A model generated the notes under the pieces. The model was not told the DNA's origin. It saw only the letters and a program-made list of their open reading frames with translations, and made no database searches. Below, piece by piece: positions 28,695 to 36,041 of a DNA stretch of 36,041 nucleotides. The stretch's first letter is position 1. The number at the start of each line of letters is the position of its first letter. A program made the position numbers and the translations under genes. Source of the stretch: Gemmatimonadota bacterium (lineage in GTDB: Bacteria; Gemmatimonadota; Gemmatimonadetes; Gemmatimonadales; GWC2-71-9); contig JANLXK010000506.1 of assembly GCA_031365045.1 (NCBI GenBank), positions 1 to 36,041 of the forward strand. The letters run 5' to 3'.

Positions 28695-28790
28695 GTCATT
28701 GGTCGTTGGTCATTGGTCGTTGGTCGTTGGTATTCGATGAGAGGACCATGAAGTGTACGGGGAGGGGCCAATGACCAATGACGAACGACC
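28695..28790. repeat. Inverted heptamer arrays (GGTCRTT)x5 / (AAYGACS)n, same unit family as 22306-22435
   Basis: Left array 28695-28731, right array 28766-28790. The best register gives 22 Watson-Crick pairs, 2 G-U pairs (plus-strand RNA only) and 1 mismatch over 25 nt. The right arm contains the hbd ATG (28771). Confidence 0.9.
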
Positions 28791-29664
28791 GAGTGCCTTC
28801 AAGACCATTGCAGTCATAGGGACCGGACAGATGGGGGCCGGGATCGCGCAGGCCTGCGCCGCCACCGGCGCCCACGTGATCGCGGTCGACCCCGACCACG
28901 CCCAGCGGGAGCGGGCCAAGCTCGGGATCGGGAAGTCGCTCGCCAAGCTGGCCGAGAAGGGGCTGGTGCATGATCCAGCGGGGATCGAGGCGCGGATCAA
29001 ATTCTCGGCCAAGATCGACGACGCCGAGCCGGCCGACCTGGTCATCGAAGCGATCGTCGAGGATATGGCGGCCAAGCGGGCGCTCTGGGAAGAGCTCGAC
29101 GTGATCTGCCCTCCCGACACGATCTTCGCGACCAACACCTCGAGTCTCTCGGTGGGAGAGCAGGCGGCCGCGACCGACCGCGCGGCAGCGTTCCTCGGTC
29201 TCCACTTCTTCAACCCGGTGCCGATGATGGCGCTGGTGGAGGTCGTCAGCACCGACGCGCTCGACCCGAAGGTGCTGGGGCGGGCCATCGCGCTGGTCCG
29301 CACGATGGGGAAGACCCCGGTCCTGGCGCAGGACACGCCGGGATTCGTGGTGAACCGGCTCCTGGTGCCGTACCTGCTCGATGCCGCCCGCGCGGCCGAG
29401 GCCAAGGTGGCGACCACCACCGACCTCGACGCCGGGATGAAGCTCGGCGCCGGCCACCCGATGGGGCCGCTGATGCTTCTCGACTTCGTGGGGATCGACA
29501 CCGTGGTGCGGATCGCCGACATTTTCCATCGCGCCTTCAAGGAGGAGCGTCACCGCGCCCCCGCGATCCTGACCGCGATGGTGGGTCGGGGAGAGCTCGG
29601 GAGGAAATCGGGGAAGGGATTCTACGATTGGACCGGGAAGGAACCGGTGGCGAGGCCGCTCTGA
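28771..29664 (+). CDS. 3-hydroxybutyryl-CoA / 3-hydroxyacyl-CoA dehydrogenase
   Basis: IAVIGTGQMGAGIAQ Rossmann motif, FATNTSSLS, HFFNP and a C-terminal 3HCDH domain. GGGGAGGGG lies upstream of the ATG at 28771. The GTG at 28753 is the longest-ORF alternative. Confidence 0.9.
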   Translation: MTNDERPSAFKTIAVIGTGQMGAGIAQACAATGAHVIAVDPDHAQRERAKLGIGKSLAKLAEKGLVHDPAGIEARIKFSAKIDDAEPADLVIEAIVEDMAAKRALWEELDVICPPDTIFATNTSSLSVGEQAAATDRAAAFLGLHFFNPVPMMALVEVVSTDALDPKVLGRAIALVRTMGKTPVLAQDTPGFVVNRLLVPYLLDAARAAEAKVATTTDLDAGMKLGAGHPMGPLMLLDFVGIDTVVRIADIFHRAFKEERHRAPAILTAMVGRGELGRKSGKGFYDWTGKEPVARPL

Positions 29665-30185
29665 TGACTGCAGGAGAGACGAGAAACGAGAGACGAGAAA
29701 CGAGATGGAGGCTCTCGTCTCTCGGGCTGTTGCTGTTGGTCGCCTGCGATCCTGGCACCACCCGCCCGGACCTGACTCCCTTCCCCGAGGCCCGCACGAT
29801 CGAGGTCCTCGCCGACCGCGACAGCGCCTTGAGCATACTGCAGTACGCACTTTCGACCGACAGTTTCCCGATCGCCCGGGTGAGCGCCCGCGATCACTGG
29901 CTCGAATCGCCCTGGTTCGACGCGCGGACCCTGGTACCGGCAGGCAGCCAGAACATCGGGGTAGGTGTGGTGAAGGTGCGCGGCTGGGCCGACCCATCGC
30001 GCCAAGGCACGTCCCTGCTCGTCGTCGAACTGGTCTACCGGCCGACGGTGGACCCGTCCGTGCCCACGCGAGAGCTGGAGCGCCCCGTCCCTGCGACCGA
30101 CTCGGTCTATGTCCGAGTCGGGCGGGTCCTGAAGCTGGTCGAGGACTCGGTCGGCGCCCACTTCGACGACAAGCCCCGCCAGTAG
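29664..30185 (+). CDS. Hypothetical lipoprotein
   Basis: Its ATG overlaps the hbd TGA by one base. MTAGETRNERRETRWRLSSLGLLLLVAC carries a lipobox, and its n-region is encoded by a heptamer array. Confidence 0.6.
   Translation: MTAGETRNERRETRWRLSSLGLLLLVACDPGTTRPDLTPFPEARTIEVLADRDSALSILQYALSTDSFPIARVSARDHWLESPWFDARTLVPAGSQNIGVGVVKVRGWADPSRQGTSLLVVELVYRPTVDPSVPTRELERPVPATDSVYVRVGRVLKLVEDSVGAHFDDKPRQ
29674..29723. repeat. Tandem heptamers GAGAGAC GAGAAAC GAGAGAC GAGAAAC GAGATGG plus the complement CTCTCGTCTCTC
   Basis: Array at 29674-29708, complementary segment at 29712-29723 (10-11 bp stem). Lies entirely within the 5' end of the lipoprotein CDS. Confidence 0.85.
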
Positions 30186-31239
30186 ATGGAACCGCTCACC
30201 GCCGAGGCCGAGCGTGCGTGGGTCGCCGCTACGCTGCCCAAGGTGTCGCGGACCTTCGCGCTCTGCATCCGGCTCCTGCCGGAGGCGCTGGAGCACCCGG
30301 TGGCGGTGGCGTATCTCCTCTGCCGCATCGCCGACACCGTCGAGGACAGCGCGCTCCTCTCCGCCTCGGAGAAATCCACCCTCCTCGCCGAATTCCGCGA
30401 CGCGGTCGGTGCTCCTCGGCCCGGAGGGCCGACCTCCCCAGGGCCGAGTGACGATGCCCCTCGCGTTCGCGCGACCTTCACCGGGGCCACCGCCGCTGAC
30501 GGGGTGCTGACCCACAGTGCGGACACTGCCCTTCGCGCGTTCCGGCGCCTGCCGACCGAGATGCAGGAGCGGATCCGGCCGTACGTCCAGGAGATGTGCG
30601 ACGGAATGGCGGAGTTCGCGCGGGCGCGAAGCGGCGGGGGAACTCTACGCCCTCCCCGACCTGGCCGCACTCGATCGCTACTGCTATTTCGTGGCCGGCA
30701 CGGTCGGGCACTTGCTCACCGGGCTCTTCACCCTGCATAGTGCCACGATCGACGCCCAACGACGCCAGCGCCTCGACGCCCTGGCCACGAGCTTCGGACT
30801 CGGCCTCCAGCTCACGAACATCGTGAAGGACGTGACGGTAGACCGGGAGCGGGGGTGGAGCTTCGTCCCCGCGGCGCTCTGTCGTGAGCACGGGATCACT
30901 CCCGAGGAGCTTTCCCGTCCCGAGCGCCGCACCGAGGCGATGCAGGTGATGCGGGTACTGAGCGCCAAGGCGCGGGCGCATCTCGATGACGCCCTGACGT
31001 ACTGCACCTCCCTGCCCCGCCGCGAGCACGGCATCCGGATGTTCTGCCTCATCGCGGTCTACCTCGCCATCCGCACCCTTCGCCTGGCCGAGCGCGATCC
31101 TCGGCTTCTGGATCGCGACCACAAGCTCAAGATCACCCGGGGCGACGTGCGCCGGACCCTCTTCACCACCGCCCTGGTGGCGCCGAGCAACGGGCTCGTC
31201 CGCGCGTACTATGGCGTGCTGGCCCGCGCGGGGACGTGA
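30186..31239 (+). pseudogene. Squalene synthase-like (farnesyl-diphosphate farnesyltransferase family) gene with a +1 frameshift near 30636-30640
   Basis: The N-terminal part in frame 0 (VSRTFALCIRLLP...YLLCRIADTVED...GMAEFARA) continues in frame +1 (ELYALPDLAALDRYCYFVAGTVGHLLTGLF...NIVKDVTVDRERG...). The switch lies in or next to a G5 run, and removing one G restores a single ORF. Confidence 0.8.
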
Positions 31240-32924
31240 CGCCCTCGACCCCTCCGATCCGTGGGCTCTTCCGGACCGATCCCCGCGCCCGAGCCGCCTA
31301 CGCCGAGGGAGCGGGGATCTATCGTATCCTTCCAATAGGGGTTGCGAGACCCGAAGACATCGATGACTTGGTACGGCTCATCCGATGGGCGACGGGCACC
31401 CAGACCTCGTTGATCCCCCGCGGCGCCGGGAGCGGGATGACGGGAGGGAATGTCGGTGAAGGTGTGGTCGTGGACCTGAACGGGATCGCGGAGCGGCCGC
31501 TGGAGATCGATCCGGTACGCCGCACCGCGCGGACCGGGGCGCAGGTGACGCTCGCGGAGTTGCACAGCGCCGCCGCCACACACGGGCTGAGGCTCCCTCC
31601 CGACCCCTCCAGCGGCGGCTGGGCGACCGTGGGCGGGGTGATCGCGACCAATGCGTCCGGACCGCGGACCTTGAAATACGGCTCGGTGCGGGGGTGGGTG
31701 GAGTCCGTGGAGCTGATACTGGCGTCGGGGGAACGGATCGAGCTCTCGCGTGGCGAGAAGATGCGATGGAGCTCGACCGTCCGGGCCGAGGAAGCATCAA
31801 ACGAGGTGATCCGCACCGCCTCGGCCCGGAGGGCCGAGCTCCAAGCGGGCTTTGACGCGTTGGGGGTCGAGACGATCGCGGCGCGTGACCTGATCCGTGC
31901 CCGCTTCCCCAAGGTCCGGAAGAACAGCACCGGCTACGCCCTCGACCAGTATCTCGCCAGCGGCGACCTCCTCGATCTCGTCATCGGCTCCGAAGGGACC
32001 CTCGGCATCGTCACGGCCGCCACTTGGCGGCTCGACGCCTTGCCGACCCACCGATCGGCCCTCCGGCTCACGCTCCGTCACCTCGAGGACCTCGGTGCGC
32101 TGACCCCGATGCTCGTCGCCCAGGGGGCGAGCGCGGCTGAGCTCCTCGACCAGACCTTCCTCCAGATAGTGCGCGACACCCCCGCCGCCCGCTCCCTCGG
32201 CCTGACCGGCGACGAGGAAGGGGTGGTGCTGGTCGAGTTCGAGGGCAGCACCAGCAAGGAGGTGAACGAGCTGGCAACCCGCACTTCGCACCTCGCACTT
32301 CGCACCGGCACCGCAGCACACCTCGCCCTCACCACGGCCGAGTTGGACGCCCTCATCAAGCTCCGGAAGTCGGCGAGCCCGATCCTCGCAGCGCTCCCCG
32401 GACGGCGTTCGCTCCAAGTCATCGAGGATGGGTGCGTGCCGGCGGAGCGGCTGGGGGAATACGTGGCCGCCGTCCGCCGGGCGGCGGGCGAACGGGGGGT
32501 AAAGGTCGTTATCTTCGGGCACGCCGGCGACGGGAATGTCCACGTCAATTCGATGGCCGACCTCTCCCGACCCGGTTGGGATGATGCTCTTCGGGGACTC
32601 TACGGGGATGTGACCGAAGCGATCCTCCGATTGGGCGGGGTTCCGAGCGGCGAGCACGGCGATGGCCGGCTCCGTGCCGGAGTGCTCGAGCGCATCTACG
32701 GCGCCGATGTGATGACGCTCTTCCGCCGGGTGAAGGAGAGCTTCGACCCCACCGGCATCTTCAATCCCGGCATCAAGCTCGGCCCCGCCGACGACCCGAT
32801 CCGGCGCCTGAAGATCGGCCCCGACGCCACTCCCCTCCCCGCCGACATCGAGCAGGGACTCCGGGAGATCGAGATGAGCGGGGGCTACGCCCGGGATCGA
32901 CTGGACCTGGCAGGTCCCATCTAA
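31236..32924 (+). CDS. FAD-binding oxidase/dehydrogenase (FAD_binding_4, GlcD-like)
   Basis: 562 aa. IPRGAGSGMTGG, GGVIATNASG and a C-terminal FAD-linked oxidase domain (GEHGDGRLR). Its GTG overlaps the previous stop (GTGA). Confidence 0.9.
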   Translation: MTPSTPPIRGLFRTDPRARAAYAEGAGIYRILPIGVARPEDIDDLVRLIRWATGTQTSLIPRGAGSGMTGGNVGEGVVVDLNGIAERPLEIDPVRRTARTGAQVTLAELHSAAATHGLRLPPDPSSGGWATVGGVIATNASGPRTLKYGSVRGWVESVELILASGERIELSRGEKMRWSSTVRAEEASNEVIRTASARRAELQAGFDALGVETIAARDLIRARFPKVRKNSTGYALDQYLASGDLLDLVIGSEGTLGIVTAATWRLDALPTHRSALRLTLRHLEDLGALTPMLVAQGASAAELLDQTFLQIVRDTPAARSLGLTGDEEGVVLVEFEGSTSKEVNELATRTSHLALRTGTAAHLALTTAELDALIKLRKSASPILAALPGRRSLQVIEDGCVPAERLGEYVAAVRRAAGERGVKVVIFGHAGDGNVHVNSMADLSRPGWDDALRGLYGDVTEAILRLGGVPSGEHGDGRLRAGVLERIYGADVMTLFRRVKESFDPTGIFNPGIKLGPADDPIRRLKIGPDATPLPADIEQGLREIEMSGGYARDRLDLAGPI

Positions 32925-32930
32925 GCGCAG

Positions 32931-33002
32931 GCGTGTTGGGTTTTGGGTGGTGTGTCATCACCCGCCCGCACCCCAACACTCAACACACAACACGCAACAC
33001 CC
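32931..33002. repeat. G/T-rich heptamers (GCGTGTT GGGTTTT GGGTGGT ...) facing A/C-rich heptamers (AACACTC AACACAC AACACGC AACACCC)
   Basis: Read directly. Complementary segments are GTGTTGGG/CCCAACAC and GGGTG/CACCC. Lies between the oxidase stop and the thyX start. Confidence 0.75.
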
Positions 33003-33009
33003 ACGGGCC

Positions 33010-33762
33010 ATGGAACGCATCTACTCCCCCACCGTCACCCTCCTCGCCAACCCCGCCTTCCATGAGCCGGCGCATCTGCCCGTGCACTGGAAGGATCCGG
33101 GCACCGACGGCGAGAAGCTCGCGGAGTTCGCCGGCCGGCTCTGCTACATGAGCCAGCACAACCCGGCCGAGCGCTCGACGGCCGAATATTTGACGAACAT
33201 CCTGAAGCAGGGGCACGGGTCGGTGTTCGAGCACTCGACCTACGTCCTCCTGCTCGAGGGGATCAGCCGGAGCTGCACCCACGAGCTGGTGCGGCACCGG
33301 GCGGGGTTCGGGTACAGCCAGCTCTCCCAGCGCTACGTGGATGAGAGCCGGGCGGCCTACGTCGTCCCGCCGGCGATCATCGGGGACCAGGCGCTGGAGG
33401 GGGCGTGGGCGGCCCAGATGGAATCGGCGCACGCCACCTACGTCGCCCAAGTCGAGGGACTGATGCAGAGATATGCATCGGTCGAGAACAAGATCCATCG
33501 GCGCAAGATGTCCCGGGAGGCGGCGCGGAGCGTCCTGCCCAACGCCACCGAGACCAAGATCGTGGTGAGCGCGAACCTCCGCGCCTGGCGCACGATGCTC
33601 GAACTCCGCCTCGGCGAGGGCGCAGAACTCGAGATCCGCCGCGTAGCAGTGGCGATCCTCGGCGTGTTGAAGGGCCAGGCGCCCGCACTCTTCGCCGATT
33701 TCGAGCTGTACGATGCACCGGACGGGACGAAAGCGGGGAAGGCCGGGTTCCACAAAGTGTGA
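33010..33762 (+). CDS. thyX: Flavin-dependent thymidylate synthase
   Basis: 250 aa. HGSVFEH, then RHRAGFGYSQLSQRY (ThyX signature region) and NLRAWRTMLELR. Confidence 0.9.
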   Translation: MERIYSPTVTLLANPAFHEPAHLPVHWKDPGTDGEKLAEFAGRLCYMSQHNPAERSTAEYLTNILKQGHGSVFEHSTYVLLLEGISRSCTHELVRHRAGFGYSQLSQRYVDESRAAYVVPPAIIGDQALEGAWAAQMESAHATYVAQVEGLMQRYASVENKIHRRKMSREAARSVLPNATETKIVVSANLRAWRTMLELRLGEGAELEIRRVAVAILGVLKGQAPALFADFELYDAPDGTKAGKAGFHKV

Positions 33763-33763
33763 G

Positions 33764-33944
33764 CGGTGACCGGTGACCAGTGACCGGGCCCCGATCGACC
33801 TTGATCGATGTCATCCGACCCTCCGACTCGACGCTGAGTGGAGGGTCGGACTCTTTTTTCCTCGAACGTCGATGAAATGGGGATCCGAAGGACACCGAAA
33901 TGCTCATTTCATCGCCCGGTCACCGGTCACTGGTCACTGGTCAC
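33764..33944. repeat. 181-nt composite element: heptamer arms (GTGACCR)n / (YGGTCAC)n enclosing two hairpins
   Basis: Left arm 33764-33788, right arm 33915-33944 (22 of 25 positions Watson-Crick). The interior holds the terminator at 33815-33860 and a 10-bp hairpin CGATGAAATG (33870-33879) / CATTTCATCG (33905-33914) that abuts the right arm. Confidence 0.9.
33815..33860 (+). terminator. Rho-independent terminator of thyX
   Basis: CCGACCCTCC (33815-33824) pairs with GGAGGGTCGG (33840-33849). The stem extends by ACTC/GAGT. It is followed by ACTCTTTTTTCC (T6). Confidence 0.85.
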
Positions 33945-34128
33945 AGAAAAACTCGTGCCACGAACTTGAAAAAAACTATTGCACCTTTGTCGGATATTTC
34001 TTAACTTGGTATCAGGAATTCGTCCGCGATGCTCGGCTCGCCTCCGCCAGGCGACTTTTTTGTAAGAGGATTTTCTGGGAATACGGATCGGACTAGCATA
34101 CAATCTCAAACCCGATGCGCCGGCCGCC

Positions 34129-35172
34129 GTGGCCGGGGCAGGATCCGATTCCCCCTCAGCTGACCCTCGCGCCCTTCGCTCCGACCTCGCCCAACCCGAC
34201 CTCTACGCCGAATGGGATGAGCCCGCTACCGTCGATGCGGTGGCCGCCGCCCTCGCCACCCTCGGCGAAGTGATCCGCCTCGAAGCCGACCAGTCCTTCC
34301 CTGAAAAGCTCCGCGCCGCCCGCCCCGACTTCGTCTTCAACATCGCCGAGGGGCTCTACGGCGTGAACCGCGAAGGCCACGTCCCGGCCATCTGCGAGTT
34401 CTACGGTATCCCCTGCCACGCCTCCGACCCCCTGACCTTGGCGCTCTGCCTCCACAAGGGGCGGACCAAGGAGATCCTGGCCCAGCGCGGCGTCCCGACG
34501 GCCCCGTTCGTGGTCGTGACCACCGCGGCCGAGGCCCGGAACGTCTCCCTCTCCTTCCCGCTCTTCGCCAAGCCGGCGTTCGAGGGGAGCGGCAAGGGGG
34601 TCAGCGTGAAGTCGCTCTGCCACCATAGAGGGGAGCTGGTGACCCAGGTCGAGCACCTCCTCGCCACGTACGACCAGCCGGTGGTGATCGAGAGCTACCT
34701 CTCCGGGCAGGAGTTCACAGTGGCAGTGATCGGGAACGGTGAAGAGGCCCGCTGCCTTCCGCTCGTGTCGTTCCGGTTCGACACGCTGCCCCCCGGTGCT
34801 CCGCCGGTCTATGGATACGAGGCGAAGTGGCTCTGGGACACGATCGAGAACCCGCTCGACATCTTCCAGTGCCCCGCCCCGGTCTCCGATGCCCTGGCCG
34901 AGCAGGTCCGGTCCGCGGCGTTGGCGGCCTACCGGGCGCTCGACTGCCGTGACTGGTGCCGGATCGACGTCCGCTGCGACGGCGCCGGCTCGCCGATGGT
35001 GGTGGAGCTGAACCCGCTCCCCGGCATTCTCCCGAACCCGCTCGACAATTCCTGCTTTCCCAAGGCGGCCCGTGCCGCGGGGATGACCTATGACGACCTG
35101 ATCCGGACGGTGGCCGACCTCGCGTGGCGCCGTATCAGTGGTCGGTCGCTCCTCCAGGAGGCGCGCGCATGA
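34129..35172 (+). CDS. D-alanine--D-alanine ligase-family ATP-grasp protein
   Basis: 347 aa. FNIAEGLYGVNREGHVPAICEFYGIPCHASDP, KGRTKEIL, FAKPAFEGSGKGV, VVIESYLSGQEFTV and RIDVRCDG...VVELNPLPG. The GTG start is uncertain. Confidence 0.85.
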   Translation: MAGAGSDSPSADPRALRSDLAQPDLYAEWDEPATVDAVAAALATLGEVIRLEADQSFPEKLRAARPDFVFNIAEGLYGVNREGHVPAICEFYGIPCHASDPLTLALCLHKGRTKEILAQRGVPTAPFVVVTTAAEARNVSLSFPLFAKPAFEGSGKGVSVKSLCHHRGELVTQVEHLLATYDQPVVIESYLSGQEFTVAVIGNGEEARCLPLVSFRFDTLPPGAPPVYGYEAKWLWDTIENPLDIFQCPAPVSDALAEQVRSAALAAYRALDCRDWCRIDVRCDGAGSPMVVELNPLPGILPNPLDNSCFPKAARAAGMTYDDLIRTVADLAWRRISGRSLLQEARA

Positions 35173-36041
35173 AGGTCGTGATCCTGTATGACCCGGGCGG
35201 CCCGCACTGGGACAAGAAGGACGTGGCCCAGGTGGCGGAGAGCGCGGAGGACATCCGCGACTGCCTGAAGGTCAAGGGACACCAGGTCGGGCTGCTGCCG
35301 ATCCGGCTCGGCGACTTCACCTGGATCGCCAAGGCCCGGAAGGCCGATGTGATCTTCAACCTCTGCGAAGGGCTCGACGGCCACTCCAAGTACGAGGACT
35401 ACGTCGTCGGGACCCTCGAGCTGATGGGAGTGCCCTACACCGGGTGCCGCCAATGGCCGGTCACGGTCTGCCACCGGAAGCACATCGCCAACACCCTGAT
35501 GGAGTCGGCGGGGATCCCGATCCCCCGCTCCGTCATGGCTCATTCGAACAGCCGCATCCCGATGGACTTCCCCCTCCCGGCCATCGTGAAGCCGGCGGCG
35601 GAGGACGCCTCCCTCGGCATCGATGCCGGGGCGGTCTGCACCAGCCGCCGGAGCCTCCGGAAGCGGCTGGCCGAGCAGCTGGAGCAGTGGGACGAGGTGC
35701 TGATCCAACAGTACGTGCCGGGGCGGGAGTTCAACGTCGGATTCGTCGGCAAGGAAGTGCTCCCGATGTCGGAGATCTGCTTCGACAACATGCCGGAGGG
35801 GAGCTGGCCGATCCTCACCTACGCCGCGAAGTGGGACGAGGGGAGCCCGGAAGATCTGGGTTCCATCCCCATCTGCCCGGCCGAGGTGAACGCCGAGACG
35901 GCCCGAAAGATCGTGGCGGTGGCGCGCCAGGCCTGGGAGCTGGTGTCGGGGGGCGAGGGGTACGGCCGGGTGGACCTCCGGCTCGATCCTGAAGGGCGCC
36001 CCTGGGTGCTCGAGGTGAATCCCAACCCCGACCTGAGCGAC
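35169..36041 (+). CDS. Second D-Ala-D-Ala ligase-family ATP-grasp protein (3'-truncated by the window end)
   Basis: Not in the supplied ORF track; translated by hand. The ATG overlaps the previous TGA (ATGA). MKVVILYDPGG...FNLCEGLDGHSKYEDYVVGTLELMGVPYTG...IVKPAAEDASLGI...LIQQYVPGREFNVGF...GRVDLRLDPEGRPWVLEVNPNPDLSD. The frame is open for 291 codons to the last base. Confidence 0.85.
   Translation, partial: MKVVILYDPGGPHWDKKDVAQVAESAEDIRDCLKVKGHQVGLLPIRLGDFTWIAKARKADVIFNLCEGLDGHSKYEDYVVGTLELMGVPYTGCRQWPVTVCHRKHIANTLMESAGIPIPRSVMAHSNSRIPMDFPLPAIVKPAAEDASLGIDAGAVCTSRRSLRKRLAEQLEQWDEVLIQQYVPGREFNVGFVGKEVLPMSEICFDNMPEGSWPILTYAAKWDEGSPEDLGSIPICPAEVNAETARKIVAVARQAWELVSGGEGYGRVDLRLDPEGRPWVLEVNPNPDLSD

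Noticed and set aside
30517-31239. The ATG at 30517 as the start of an independent gene.
   Set aside because: The first ~40 codons from that ATG overlap the N-terminal half of the synthase in another frame and are Arg/Ser-rich nonsense. Family similarity begins only at ELYALPDL, consistent with a frameshifted single gene.

Overview
This is a high-G+C bacterial chromosomal segment (G+C judged by eye, not computed). It is densely packed with about 34 protein-coding genes. I found no rRNA, tRNA, CRISPR array, transposase, integrase or phage gene. The protein repertoire (Big_2 plus TolB-like propeller, CBM9/DUF5916-like protein, HEAT-repeat partner of an ECF sigma factor, many lipoproteins) suggests a Gemmatimonadota-like soil bacterium, but that taxonomy is only a guess.

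Gene content, left to right:
- A minus-strand, translationally coupled operon: gyrA, PLP-dependent dehydratase, response-regulator/GAF/GGDEF cyclase, and a zinc-ribbon Ser/Thr kinase.
- A 1.1-kb mostly non-coding gap.
- An ECF sigma factor, an anti-sigma factor carrying an in-frame TAG, a HEAT/TPR protein and a DUF5916-like protein.
- A minus-strand operon: Big_2/TolB-like protein, MDR oxidoreductase and a TM-helix-repeat membrane protein.
- A Lys/Ala-rich histone-H1-like protein.
- An amidohydrolase operon, followed by rnhA.
- An outer-membrane barrel protein, zinc-ribbon genes, a thiolase and an SPFH protein.
- hbd, a lipoprotein, a frameshifted squalene-synthase-like gene and an FAD oxidase.
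- thyX.
- Two tandem D-Ala-D-Ala-ligase-like ATP-grasp genes; the second runs off the window.

The most unusual signal is not a gene. At 13 sites there are short tandem arrays of a locus-specific heptanucleotide (twice an octanucleotide). At 10 of these sites a reverse-complement array lies nearby, giving long hairpins placed exactly at gene ends or start codons. The arrangement resembles the cyanobacterial STRR heptamers. Three arrays lie inside coding sequence or across start codons.

Other points worth follow-up are the two interrupted genes (TAG in the anti-sigma factor, +1 frameshift in a G5 run of the squalene synthase), a repeat insertion that appears to have cut off the last HEAT repeat of a gene, a G10 tract between divergent genes, and an AT-rich island ahead of the ATP-grasp pair.
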